This document shows, one piece after another, positions 26,029-38,770 of a DNA stretch of 64,000 bases. Position 1 is the stretch's first letter. Every line of letters starts with the position of its first letter. The DNA is from Callorhinchus milii (lineage: Eukaryota). A program made the translations under genes and the position numbers. Where the stretch lies: assembly GCF_018977255.1 (NCBI RefSeq), contig NW_024704742.1, positions 105,092,001 to 105,156,000 of the forward strand, in the 5' to 3' direction. The notes under the pieces were generated by a model. The model did no database searches, was not told the origin of the DNA, and was given only the letters and a program-made list of their open reading frames with translations.

Positions 26029-28127
26029 ATTTAATTTAGTATATTTTCTCCATCAACAGGTTTTATTGGGAAATTATAAGGCCCCAAACTGTAGCTTAGA
26101 GGACGCTGCATGGAAAAATGTGCACAATGAGTGGAGTCAGTCAGTTGATGCATAAGCAGCAGTCACGCATATATCGTGTCCAATTGACTCCAACATTTAT
26201 TTAAATGTCATCAATCCAGGAGATGTGTGATGGAAATTTTATTCAACACCTTAAAGGTTAAATTAAATAAGGCTCTCATTTGACATTTGTTTACCCAATG
26301 GAGCAGATGAAATTACTTGTGTCCTTGTGTTATTTTATTAAAGAAGCATTTATCTCTTATACAGAACTCATTGTATTTAAACAAAATTAATTAACGCTTT
26401 CACTACAATGTTAATCATATTAAAGGCATGCAAGTAACAAGGATGAGCCACATTATCAGGAGAGAAAGATTAACAGTGCATTAATATTTTAATCCAATTA
26501 ACGGTTTAAAAAAATAATTTTAAGATCCTCCTCTTAGCTTTCTACCCCCACTTTCTACTCCATCCTAAAGTCCCTCCACCTCACCCCTTCGCACCCCAAC
26601 TTTAAAGCCCATCGCAAGACCTATTTTTTCAAGAGGCTTTCAGTCATTCTTCTTCCCCCTCACCCCCCTCCACCAGCGTCCTCAAGAGTCAAGTGGCCTT
26701 CCAACATTCACTGTTAAGATTCACACATGAACAATGACTGCTTGGTTAAGGTAAGAGAGAGTAACAATTGTCTGGGAAAACCCACTCATGTATGAGGCGA
26801 CCAAACCAGAAGCAGAAAAGCATATACCAAAGTTAGAATATTAAAAATAAATTGGACAGTCATTGAAAAAAAATACTGCATTGTAACTAAGTAGAGAACA
26901 AAGTTCAGGGGCATCTTATAACAATGTTTACAAATCATCATACAAGTCAACAGCAATGGTTTAAAGAATAGGTCTCTCATCACTAGAAGCACACCTTCCA
27001 CCTGAATGTGCAAAATTGATAAATTTTGATAAAACCAGGTCATCTCAAATTCTTGGGTTGCAGGAATATGCTCCATTGCAATCTCCACCCATGGGAAATA
27101 AAGGATGTTGAAAACAAAGCTATAAAACATTGCAGCTGCAATTTTGGGCTATTTTTCATGATTTTATTATGTAAGTGCACAGTAAAATATGATCTGGGCT
27201 GACATCTACTGGTAGAAAAACACTAAATAAAAGCAATAGATTATTCTCGTGACATTCCCCCATCCACCTCCAAGTCATTTTATATATTTTTTTTACAGGC
27301 ATAAAAATAATGCATGAAATGCAGTCTTCTGTGGTTCATCTATTCAGTCATTATTACATATGTGCTTTTCAAAAATGTATTTTACGGGGAAGTGACTTAT
27401 CAGGTCCAACTGGCTTCTTGGGACAAGGTGGCTTATAGCGCCCAGTGGAATAGAAGGGTATGGGAGGGAATAAGAAATAGGTGGAGACCTGTATGGAGTA
27501 TAAACACCAGAATGTACTTGTTGCGCTGAGTGGCCTGTCTCCATGCTTAAATCAAATCAAATAGCACGTCATGTCTTCTGCCTCAATTTTGCAGACCAGC
27601 ACACAAATGCCATTTAAAGCTTCATCTCACTTGTGAGACTGCAATGTGGAATAGGGCAACGTTCTTATAATATGTACCACTTTATTTCCTCTGCCCTGTG
27701 ATCCATTTTTTTCCTACAATAAACCTCCAAGGTATTTTTTTAACCTTCTGATTTTGTTCAAGATTTTTAGCCACAAATTTATCATTCTATCATTCTTTCC
27801 AGGGACATTCACAATTCTGTTTGGAGGCATGCCTTTGGGACAGCCATAACCATCCTCATTGTTCTCTCTGTTCATAGTTCTCCCCTTAACTGTTGAAGAA
27901 AATTATGCAGGTAAAATTATATTTTACCTGCATGAAGAATCCTTGTTTTCGTCTAAATCCTGGGACCCCACTCCTTAATTGCTAAAACACTCTTGTAATA
28001 CGATAAATGAAGTATTCCTATTCCCATGAGTATTCCTACTCCTAACTATATTTCAGTGACAGGGGGAGGAGATGGGTAATTTGGACTGGCTAGGGAGCTG
28101 ATATAGAAAACACCATACCAGCAAGTA

Positions 28128-28330
28128 TAATAATAATGATAATCCTTGCATTTGATACAGCGCTTTTCACGTCTTCTCGACGTCTCAAAGCGCTTCACAG
28201 AATAGACTGTAAAGTGAATTGACCATATATTTGTGGTCGAAACGCAGCAGCCAATTGCGCACAACAGTGTCCCACAAACAGTCATGGACTGAAAATGACC
28301 AATTTATTATTGTTTTTTGGAGGGATTATT
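28128..28330 (-). mobile_element. SINE 3' half
   Basis: Reverse complement of the family tail with GAGAA-loop stem-loop. Confidence 0.88.
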
Positions 28331-28938
28331 ATAAAACAATGCACAGGTTGTTCTGAACAGTTAAACATAATTTATAATAATTTTTCTTCTGTAGTTGTAA
28401 GAGCACTTCAACTTTTGAAAAGTGTTGCCCCCTAAACTTCCCTCCCACTTTATTTCCCAATTTATCACGCTTTTGACAATTCTTTGACAACCCTCACTGC
28501 ATCATTCATACCTTAATTTGAAGCTTCATGTCTCCTGCTTTTCCTTCTCCAAATGCTCAATGATTACCATTCGTATTTCACTCGAGTTGTGAAAAAAATT
28601 GCAATATCCCAATCTTCATTCAAGATTGATTCGCTCAAATTATAAAACACATCTTCCTAAATTACTCAACACCAGCATTAAGATGAAGCAGGTTTAAAAA
28701 AATACAGCAGAACCCCTTTATATGACAGAGGTTGGGTGCAGTCAGCACTTTTGCACCATGGCGTCATTGATTATATGACTGGTGATTTCACCGTAGAAAC
28801 CCAGCGGGCTCCATTGTGCGTCCCTCGGGCCTCAAAATGCATCAGCATGCTCCAAAAAGTGTGATTTCACAATAACAATTTTAAACATTGCTATTTGTGA
28901 ATGTACTAGTGTGATGTACACTAGTACACTAGGCTAGT

Positions 28939-29297
28939 GGAGTTCTGTAGCTTCGTGGTTTGAACACTTGTTCCACAAACGAGAGGACCTGGGTTTGATT
29001 CCCGGGCAGGGTGAAACATTGGGCAAGTTTCCTTACTCCAAACGCCTCTGTTTACCTAGCAGTAAGTAGGAATCTAGTTATTAGTCGATTGGTGAATTGC
29101 TTTTCCAGGGATAATAATCCCTTCAATACAAAAATAAAATAACTCAATCCACAACAGTTTGTGGGACAATGCTGTGTGCAATTGGCTGCCGCGATACATC
29201 AATAAAATATGCAGACAATTCAATTTACAGTATATTCTACAGTGTGGTATCTCAAAGATGTGATAAGGCCCTATATCAAATACAAGGATTATTATTA
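28939..29297 (+). mobile_element. Full-length tRNA-derived SINE
   Basis: GGAGTTCTGTAGC head, GGGTTTGATTCCC B-box, (ATT)n tail. Confidence 0.87.
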
Positions 29298-30139
29298 CAT
29301 GTTTTAGACTTTTTTGATAAGTAGTGTAAATGTCAAGGTACAAATACAAATCGCTCTATAAATGAATCCACATACTGGGTTATAATATGGCTCTACTCTA
29401 GCTAGAATTTCAGTTGGTTCACTTAATACAAAATTGTGTAATATATATATAATAAATTAAAATATAAAATAAGGAGATTGGTATAGCCAAACCCAAATTG
29501 ATGGAACTACTGTATCTGCCCAATTCATTTAACCTTTCTTTGTTATATTCATTGAGCCAATGCTCTCAGCAAGTGTTCCACTTTTCCACATCCCATTTTT
29601 CAACACAATTTCTTGTCCACCCATTAGTAATATCCTAGTTTCTGATTCCTAAGGTCAGCTGCTAGAACACAGAGTGAATTCCTTGCTCAACTTCTCTGAA
29701 AGTCTGTCTTCAAACCTCTCCAGTGAATGAGTTATTTTTAAAAACATTTAAACTATTTTCTAATAATACACCTGATATTCCTCCTTTTCATAGGTTCTGA
29801 AACCTGTGAAGCTTTGTGAAAAGATACTACAGCCTTTGTTAATACTTTCATCCCAAATGCATACTTTTACCATTCGTGGTTTAGAAAGTCAAGCCTCAAA
29901 ACAAATAACCTGCTCCCTTAACTCACCTTCTGAGAATCAGCTCCCAGATGGTATTCAACACCCAATGGAACCTTATCTCAGGGCTTCTCTACTCTTCTGA
30001 TGAGTTTTCTGTGAGCATCCATTTCTGCAGCCAATTTGTGTCATATTTTGATGGTAAATATTCCAAATATAAAACACTATTTGATTAGCATTACATCAAT
30101 GAGCACCGCAAAAACCACTAGGTGAAAATTCTTCAGTGA

Positions 30140-30445
30140 GTGGCATTGTCAGAGGCGCTGTCCTTTGGTTTAGATGTTAAACCGAGATCTCACCTGCCTG
30201 TTCAGGGGGACATTAAAGATATCATGACATTATATGAAAAGGGAAGGGAGTCACTCTCTGTGGCTAACAATCTATCAAGTGAAACTGGCCACTCACTTCC
30301 TGGCTGTTTGTGGGAGATTACTGTGCACAAACTGGCTGCTTCATTTACCTACAAAAATAGTCATTACATTTTACAGTCTATTCTGTGAGATGCTTTGAAA
30401 CTTCTTCCCAATGTGAAAAGCAAAATATCAAATGCAATTGCTGTA
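30140..30445 (+). mobile_element. Deu-domain SINE fragment
   Basis: AGATGTTAAACCGAG...TGTTTGTGGGAGATTACTGTGCACAAACTGGCTGC...AAATGCAA. Confidence 0.75.
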
Positions 30446-31273
30446 ACCTAAAAACTGTATTTTGGTGTGAATACATTGTACCAATTTCATTTTGTGCTTC
30501 TCCTGTAACAATTTTGCCAACAAGTAAGAGATCTGGCCTTAACTTAATATAGCACTTGCCTTGCTCACACTTATCCACATTGATATGCAGTCCGCAGAAA
30601 AGTGTAATGGTACAGAACTATCAATATATTTTAAGAGGTTCCTGCAAGGAAAACAATTTCTTATGGTACCCAATTCTCACTGTGATTAAAAAGAACTGCT
30701 CAATGCAACTTTTCCTTTTCAAGATACAATGTCCACATTTTACAATCTCAAATTAAAAGTCAGTACACGGTGTCCATTGTGTTGTTTGAATAAATCACAG
30801 TTTACCGTCAACACACACCACTGAACTCATCAGCAAATTTTTAAACAAAAATGCTGCCACGGTGGACAAAACAAAGCCACCTCACAGGTGCTCTCCAAGC
30901 AAAATGCTATTCTACAATGAAGCCGTTCAGAGGGTAAACATCAAAGAGCCTGAAGGTAACCAAAGCTTGGATGGGACCTGCATCTGTTGACAGCTGCAGA
31001 TTCATTCAGCACCAGTGGTGTAGAAATCCCAACTCTGAAAAGCAAGACAATGTTTCTTTATGGGTTGGTACTAAGGAAAGGGAAAACACAAACTCCATCC
31101 ATCTGATGGGAGAAGGCTTCCAGTGAATGTTTTAAACTCATCGTGTAACTAATCTCTCTCTGGGACAATGGTTATCAAAACAATTCTCAGCAGCAATGGG
31201 AATATAAGGTCCACAAGAGATTTGTGGATTATTTTCACAACAAAGCAAAGTAACCTAACTAATTTAAATTTCC

Positions 31274-31917
31274 ACAACTGCATCCAGAACTCTGCAGCTC
31301 GTGTACTGTCCCGCACCAGGCTTCGGGACCACATCACTCCCACCCTCGCTCGCCTCCACTGGCTCCCCATCCCCCAGATGATTGATTTCAAGATCCTCAT
31401 CCTCACCTACAAGGCCATTCACGGCCTTGCTCCCTCCTACCTCTCCGACCTACTATCCCCCTACCTTCCTGCCCGTACCCTCCGTTCCTCTGGCTCCGGT
31501 CTGCTCCACATCCCCGCCCCAACCGCCCTACCATCGGTGGCCGGGCCTTCAGCCTCTCAGCCCCGAGGCTCTGGAACTCTATCCCCCAGTGCCTTCGCCG
31601 CCTCCTCCCTTTCCTCCTTCAAGGCCGGTCTCAAAACCTTTCTCTTTGACCGAGCCTTCAGCTCCCCTCTCGACTCTCTTCCCCCTCCTCGCTCGCTCCC
31701 TCCCTTCCCTCCCCTCACCCTGACCATTTCCCCCCTCCTCGCTCCCTCCCTTCCCTCCCCTCACCCTGACCATTTCCCCCCTCCTCGCTCCCTCCCTTCC
31801 CTCCCCTCACCCTGACCATTTCCCCCCTGCTCGGGTCCTGACCCAACTGTGCAGCGCCTTGGGACGTCCTCCTGACGTGAAAGGCGCTTTATAAATGGAA
31901 TCTTGTTGTTGTTGTTG
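31274..31917 (+). mobile_element. Young L2-type LINE 3' fragment with a 46-bp tandem triplication in the 3' UTR
   Basis: IQNSAARVLSRTRLRDHITPTLARLHWLPI...FKILILTYKAIHGLAPSYL; 3' stem-loop; (TTG)n tail. Confidence 0.95.
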
Positions 31918-32195
31918 CATCTCAAGGGCAAAATACTAGTTAATGTAACATGACAAACAAAACTGAGCAGGTGTAACAGAGTAAGTCCATCAAATCTTCA
32001 TGGCAATGCAACAAAAAATTGACAAAATTAAACCACAAGATGTTATTTGGAATTGTTAATATATCGGTAAGAATGTGTAACTCGCAATAAATAGATCAGG
32101 CGGTTATTTGATATTGTTTGGTTTGCTATGGCATTTGAAGCTACACACAACTCTGTTTTGAGAATGCCGATCAGGCTTCCTCTGCATTCACGTTG

Positions 32196-33180
32196 CAACA
32201 CAATTTATATAGCACTTGTCAGGTCATTAGGATATCCCAAGGTGCTGGGAATTCTATTTTGCAGTTGAGCTCGGGTGGGTGATGAGGCGAGGAGCAAAGG
32301 GAAAAATGTTCAGAAACATAGTCAAAGAGGAAGGTCTTGAGGTTGACGCTGAAAGGGGCAAGGGAGGAGCTGAGTTACAGGGACTCCGGGATGAGATTCC
32401 ATACTGTTTAGCTCCCAGCAATGTCTTCTGCCCCATGGTTCCGACCTCCTCAACCTACCTGACCTGTCCTTAAAACTCTCCGAACTCGTGCACAACTTTG
32501 GCGTCAGGTTCGATCCCAGTTATCCTTCCTTCCCCCTGACCTGCACCACTTTCCTCCACCTCCGCCACATTCCCGTCTCTGACCATACCTCATCCCAAAA
32601 GCTGCCGAACCCCTTGTCCATTCCTTTGTCACCTCTCGGCTGGACTACTCTCACGTCCTCCTCGCCGGTCTCTCCTATTCCACTATTCACAAAATCCAGC
32701 TCATTCAAAGCTCCGCCGCCTGCATTCTCACCCGCACCAAACTTCATACCCCGATTACTCCAGTCCTTGCCAAACTCCACTGGCTCCGTCAGAGTAGGTC
32801 AACTTCAAGGTCCTTACTCCAGTGTTTAAATCCCTCCATTCCTTGGCATCCCTCTATCTCTCTAACCTCCTCTCTCGCCACAACAGTACCCGCTGCCTCC
32901 GCTCTACTGGGTCCGGCCTCCCCCGCGTCCTCCGAATCCTCTGCTTCGGCAGCCGGGCGTTCAGCCACTACACCCCAAAACTTTGGAACTCCCTCCCTCA
33001 ACCCCTTCACCTCGCCCCCTCCTTCCCCATTTTCAGGTTGTGCCTGAAGACCTTCCTTTTTGACCGCACCTACGGTCACCTTCCCCCTCCCCCAGACTCG
33101 GCGTCGGGCTCCACCATTGTCAAGCGCTCTGAGATGCCACCCGGCGTGGAGAGCCCTGTATAAAAGCAAGTTGTTGCTGT
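32196..33180. mobile_element. Two L2-type fragments joined head to head (minus about 32196..32407, plus about 32408..33180)
   Basis: An L2 tail at each outer end. The plus copy encodes FKSLHSLASLYLSNLL...GSRAFSHYTPKLWNSLP. Confidence 0.8.
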
Positions 33181-34092
33181 TTTGAAAAAACGTAATGCCA
33201 AGGAATTCTATCATCTATGCCCTGACTGCTTAAGACAAACAACAGACCATAGTTCTTAATTGGATCAGCAGTCTCATCACAATTTATATATTTTGTTGAC
33301 ACTGTTTGCTCAATATAGTATGGTATATTCTTTGCAAGGTGCCTAAACACACTTTTGCTTTAGGTTCACTGTGCCTTCCATCATCAAATAAAATTTGCTC
33401 ATGATGATGTGAAGCTCCCTTCAGTTTGTTTAAAAAGAAAGTTATACAATCCAATCTCAACTGAGCAATCTGCAGTACCATCCCTGTACTGTTATAATGT
33501 GGGTTAAATTACAGGGTTAATTGACTTGACTTTTACAGTACTTTCCAAAATTCATTGACTGATGATCATTCATACCCAATTGCAAGACAGGAAGAAAACT
33601 TACGGACCCCAATTATGACCTTATAACAGTTCTATTGTAGGGTGTGCCCTCATTATAACATGGTGTTTTGGATCAATAAAACATATGCCAATCAGTTTCT
33701 ACACAGAAAGAAAAAACAGCCAACTTCTGTGGTCATGGGATCACCACCAGTGTCACTTCTGGTTTGCTACACATAGAAAAGTGATATAACTGACCACATA
33801 ATGCCTCAAAAATCCGCTTTCTTTTAAGTTGCAAAAGTTGACCAATGCACAGGAAACCAGTGGGCTGGAGCACGCATGCAGTCAATAGGGTCCAAAGTCA
33901 CTGAATTTGTACTATAATGACATGAGTTGCACTCTTCTGTATTAGAGAAGGTTGAATAATAAAAATAATAATTGCATTTATTCCTTTTTTTGCAACAGTC
34001 AATGGCCTCTCAATAAGTTGGTACAAATGTATGCCAGTTTTGGGCTGTGAATCCATTTCTACCAGAAGCTGAGTGAGGTTTTCCAAACTCAT

Positions 34093-34197
34093 CCCACAAA
34101 TATACGGTCAATTCACTTTACAGTCTATTCTGTGAAGCGCTTTGAGACGTCGAGAAGATGTGAAAAGTGCTATATCAAATGCAAGGATTATTATTAT
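34093..34197 (+). mobile_element. SINE 3' tail fragment
   Basis: CCCACAAATATACGGTCAATTCAC...GCAAGG(ATT)n. Confidence 0.85.
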
Positions 34198-34370
34198 ACT
34201 ATATATAAACAATAAACCTTACAGCCTGCCGAAGAAGAATGCTAGATATGAAAACGCCAATGAGTTAAGTCCATTGTTCAACGCCTCTGCAGAAACAACT
34301 GGCACCCGAGTTCCCAATGGTTCTTCATTTGTGAACTAGGTTACAAGCAACTGACTTAAGAGAAATGTCT

Positions 34371-34603
34371 GAAAACAAAAACAGAAGTCACTGGGAACAC
34401 TCAGCAGGTCAAGCAGCATCTATGGAGAAAGGAAAATGAGTCAACGTATCGGATCCACGACCCTTCATCAGGAGTTCTGACAAAGGTCGTGGACCCAAAA
34501 CGTTGACTCACTTTCCTTTCTCCACAGATGCTGCCTGATCTGCTGAGTGTTCCAGTGACTTCTGTTTTTGTTTTCAGATTTCCAGCATCTGTAGTATTTT
34601 GCG
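34371..34603. mobile_element. Palindromic insertion, probable Penelope-like (PLE) inverted-terminus remnant
   Basis: ~103-bp inverted arms (34368..34471 / 34477..34578), a 25-nt unpaired extension, and a 12-bp direct repeat AGAGAAATGTCT on both sides. The PLE assignment is inference. Confidence 0.75.
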
Positions 34604-35859
34604 AGAGAAATGTCTTTTCAGCTTGCATACTGATCGTAAGACTCACCTTGTAACGATTTCATGTTCATGTTTAACATGCTAGCCCATATCACTAATTTAT
34701 ACATGTGAACTTTTTTTCCCTTTTTTCTGTTAGAATAAACATCAGCTTTGATATTTAATACATGCGCAAACACATTTCCATGCAGTATATATGGAAAATG
34801 ACCAAGCAGATTGTCGTGGGAGATAAATTATTTTGCTAATAAAAACTTCGTGATATAGCAATTTGTAATACAAGATTCACTCAAAATGAAAATTGAAGTT
34901 AGAAAAACAATGTTCATTTTGTTTGGATTGTATAGTGGCAAGAAACAGCGTTTGATAAAAAAATACTTCAAATGAATTTCAAGTGGACTCTTAGGCTAAG
35001 AAAATGTCAGATGGAGTTACTATGCAATAAGACTATAGAACATGAACTACAAGGTAACAATGTATAGCTTATGACCTGAAAGTAAAAATATACTGCTGCT
35101 TACCAAAATTTATCTAAAATTGCAGAAACTGTTTTGTACCAGACCAAATGATCTGGACAGGAATACATAATAAACACAAAGCTATCTCTAAAAAATTAAA
35201 AATTGCTTACATTTAAGCCTCTGATTTTAATACCAACTCTTTTCTGGAATTTATTCTGCATCGAGCATTTAGTAGTTGAGTAACACAGGATTTACTGAAA
35301 CTGCAATAAGCTTAATGCTGCAGCATGAAAGCTTAGCAGGCTTAAAATTTGTTCTGAGAAAAAAACATGAAATCATTAAATGGCGAATCCTACAATATAT
35401 ATGCATGTTGGAATTCATGAAAAGACATTTCTCTTAAGTCAGTTGCTCAGAAAACCTAGTGCAGTTCACAAACGAAGAACCTTTCAAAGCCAATTGGGAA
35501 CTCAGATGCCAAATTTTACTGCAATACCATTGAACAATGGAATTAAACTAATTGTTTTTTCCTCCCATCTAGCAAATTACATCTGCAGGATGAATGAAAA
35601 CCTGCCGCATGACATTTGAAGGTGGAAAAAACTCAATCCATAGATAAAATGTTTTTTTCAGAAAGAAACAGTATTTGATTCTTGTCGTTAAAAAAGTCTG
35701 ACTGACTGAAAAAACTATGAAAGAAATTACTTATTTTTGGCAGTAATTGCCTTTGTAGAATAGGTGCAGACTGAAAAAGTTAATCTGAACAGAAAGTCTG
35801 TGGCGAAATAGTTGAGTGATTTTTATTCTCTAAAGTTATGGGTCAAGTATGATGGGACA

Positions 35860-36143
35860 CTCCCCCAGGAATCAGTGTAGACCCCCCCCTACCTAACCCC
35901 CCACCACCCTGTTCGCTCCCTCCACTCAGTTGGCTCTGGTCTACTTCACGTCCCTCACCTTGCACGCCCCACTATTGGCGGGTGGGACTTCCGCCACTCT
36001 GTCCCCACCCGCTGGAACTCCAACCCGCAGTCCCTCCGTCTCACCCCCACCCTCAAGACCCACCTCAAGACTGTCTGTTCAGCGCCTTGGGACGTCCTCC
36101 CAACGTGAAAGGTGCTATGCAAATGTAATTTTGTTATTGTTGT
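35860..36143 (+). mobile_element. L2-type LINE 3' fragment
   Basis: C-rich body, CAGCGCCTTGGGACGTCCTCCCAACGTGAAAGGTGCT stem-loop, TTG tail. Confidence 0.82.
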
Positions 36144-36622
36144 AGAACACCACATTCATCCCTTGACCTGATCAGCTTTCCCTTCACCTCTGCAACATTG
36201 GTAGAATACATAAAGTCTGAGTGTAAAAGTTTCTTTTTTTAAAAAAAAGATATGTTTGAAAACTGAACACTGATCACATGTCAAATTGACAGTTAATGCC
36301 AATGCAGGCATTCACTTCAAACATCATCCAAATAATTTATTATTTATGTAATAAGTAGCATCTCTGACAATACAGCGTTTCTCTAGTTGTGCACTCCAGT
36401 ACCAACATGGACAATGAGCTCAAAGTCCTGACATGTAGCTTGAACTCACAACCTTATGACCAGGGCAAATAGCAAATTGATGAAAGATGTGCCATAAATT
36501 GCAGGGAAATTTTTTCACTTCACTTGGGGTGGTGGTGGGGGGGGGGATTTCATCCTGGCTGAAGGTCTCCAGGTCATAACCTCCTGCCTCTCAGGCCTGC
36601 CACCCGTTTGTAGGAAGTGGGG

Positions 36623-36625
<3 letters not shown>

Positions 36626-36679
<54 letters not shown>

Positions 36680-36692
36680 GGGGGGGGGGGGG
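36626..36692. repeat. (TG)n microsatellite (~25 units) followed by a poly-G run
   Basis: Seen directly in the sequence. Confidence 0.97.
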
Positions 36693-38024
36693 AGAGTCGT
36701 TTTGGTGTGGAGCGTTGCAGCGGGTGGGTGTTTGTGGGGGAAGGAGTGTTTGTAGTGAAGGGGGTTGCTTGTCGTGGATTCCGTGTAAAAATTGCGGCCA
36801 CACTTTTCTATTGACCCAGCTTCTGACTCATAGACAGCTACCAACTAAGCTCAGATGACACTTATTTAGAAAACAAGATTGCAGAATAATGTGGTGAGTG
36901 GATGTTGCGACAATTTGAACAGTGGAAATCTAAGCTGGAGCAGCCTTTAATGTAGGAAATGAGCAGGCTGACTTGACCTTAATTAGACAAAACTGCAGAA
37001 AATGCCAAAATGTTTGATGCAGTTAAACTAAACTGCAAGATCTCACTTGAGGTGACACAGCAGCTAGCCAAAGCAAAAGCTATTGAACATGAGAAATTCT
37101 GGCACAGACTGCTAGGAGTATAAACTACTGGTAAGGAATAATAACTGAACCACAGTTTTCTTTCATACAAATTGAAAAGAAAAATGTAGCGACTGAAAAT
37201 CTGAAATGAAAACCATGGTAGATCAATCAGCACCATAGGGGGAACATAGCTTGTCAAACTGTGATGGAATAGGTCAACGCCAAAATGTCAACCAGTCTTC
37301 CTCTTTTGGACACTGACTGACATGCTGCAAATTCAGTTTTTTTATCCTTGATACATTTTTAAAAAATTACAGGCTATGGTGGGAAAAATTCAAGGTATAA
37401 AGTTCCTTCTAAGACCTGTCAAGGACACAAGGGAAATGTTGTCTGCAGCACATAGCCCAAACAAGAATTAGCATGCATTAGCATCAGCTTTGGGTCTGCA
37501 GATCCCACAGGCAGAACAAATATGCATGCTTTTTTCACAAGAGCAAGTTAACATACAACATGCCACAGTCTTAAAATTATAATACCTTCACAATCTTTTG
37601 ACACAGGTTTTGATCCTTGAATATACTTTAACCCAAAGGTAGGTGGCAGACACCTGAAATGAGGAATGGAACGTTTATATATTGTACTTCCTTTTAACAA
37701 TTATTTCCTTTCTTTTCTAAATTGTTCTTTTGTAAGGCTGTTAAGTTCAAGCTCCACGTCTGGACTGAGTTCACGTTCTAGGCTGATTCTCCAATGGCTC
37801 TCAATGCTGCGATGAAATGTAGCATCTATATCTGCTGCTCTGGTTGAAATCAGATAACTCAGTAGACCAGAGATGGTTTAGAAGCTTTTGGGGTTTTGCA
37901 TCATTTTTTAAAAAAAAGATATGGTTGTTTTTGTCCCACAATTTCTGTGTATTCATTGCTAATTTTCTTTTAGTCATGGTTTTCAATGATTAATTTGATT
38001 TGGGGAAATGAAGCAAGAAGAAGT

Positions 38025-38387
38025 GGAGTCCTGTAGCTCAGTGGTTAGAGCACTCGCCTCCCAAGCTCGAGGACCTTGGTTCGATTCTCGGGAAGGGCGA
38101 AACGTTGCGCAAGTTTCCTCACACCACACCCCTGTTTACATAGCAGTAAGTAGGAATCCGGTCGTTAGTCGATTGGCGGATGGGGTTTACGGTAATAAAC
38201 CCTTCAAATAAATAAAATTTTCGTCGCTCAATCTACAAATGTTTGTGGGGACAATGCTGATTGCAATTGGCTGCTGCGTTTCGCCCACAAAATATACAGT
38301 CAATTCACTTTACAGGATATTCTGTGAAGCACTTTGAGACGTCGCGAAGATATGATAAGGCGCTAAATCAATTGCAAGAATTATTAT
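38025..38387 (+). mobile_element. Full-length tRNA-derived SINE
   Basis: GGAGTCCTGTAGCTCAGTGGTTAGAGC head, GGTTCGATTC B-box, ATT tail. Confidence 0.92.
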
Positions 38388-38554
38388 AGGTTCTGCAGTC
38401 AAAATCCAAACTATAGCAATATAATAAAGCAAAATATACTAGTAATAAAATTGTACAGGTAGGATATAAAATGTAATGAATTAGATTATGCAAAGATGAC
38501 CGAATATTTTACAACCCAGCTGTATGTCAGCTCGGCCCAGGATGTGTCAGCCTG

Positions 38555-38770
38555 CTCAGTTGGTAGCACTCTCCAAGTCACATTGTGAGTTCAAGCCCAT
38601 ATCATTGTCTATTCTGACATTCCAATCAGTGCTAAGGATCTTCTGCACTGTTGGAGGTGACGTCCTTTGGATGACATGTTAAACCGAGGACAAGTCTGCC
38701 TGTTCAGTATCATGCAGTCGGATTTAAAGACTGCATGGTAGTATTCAAAAAATGAAAGGAGCTTCTCCCA
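38555..38770 (+). mobile_element. Deu-domain SINE 5' portion
   Basis: GCTCAGTTGGTAGCACTC...GTTCAAGCCC...CTGCACTGTTGGAGGTG...GTTAAACCGAGG. Confidence 0.75.

Noticed and set aside
36515..36858. ORFs with THTH/CVCV runs
   Set aside because: Translation of the (TG)n microsatellite and poly-G.
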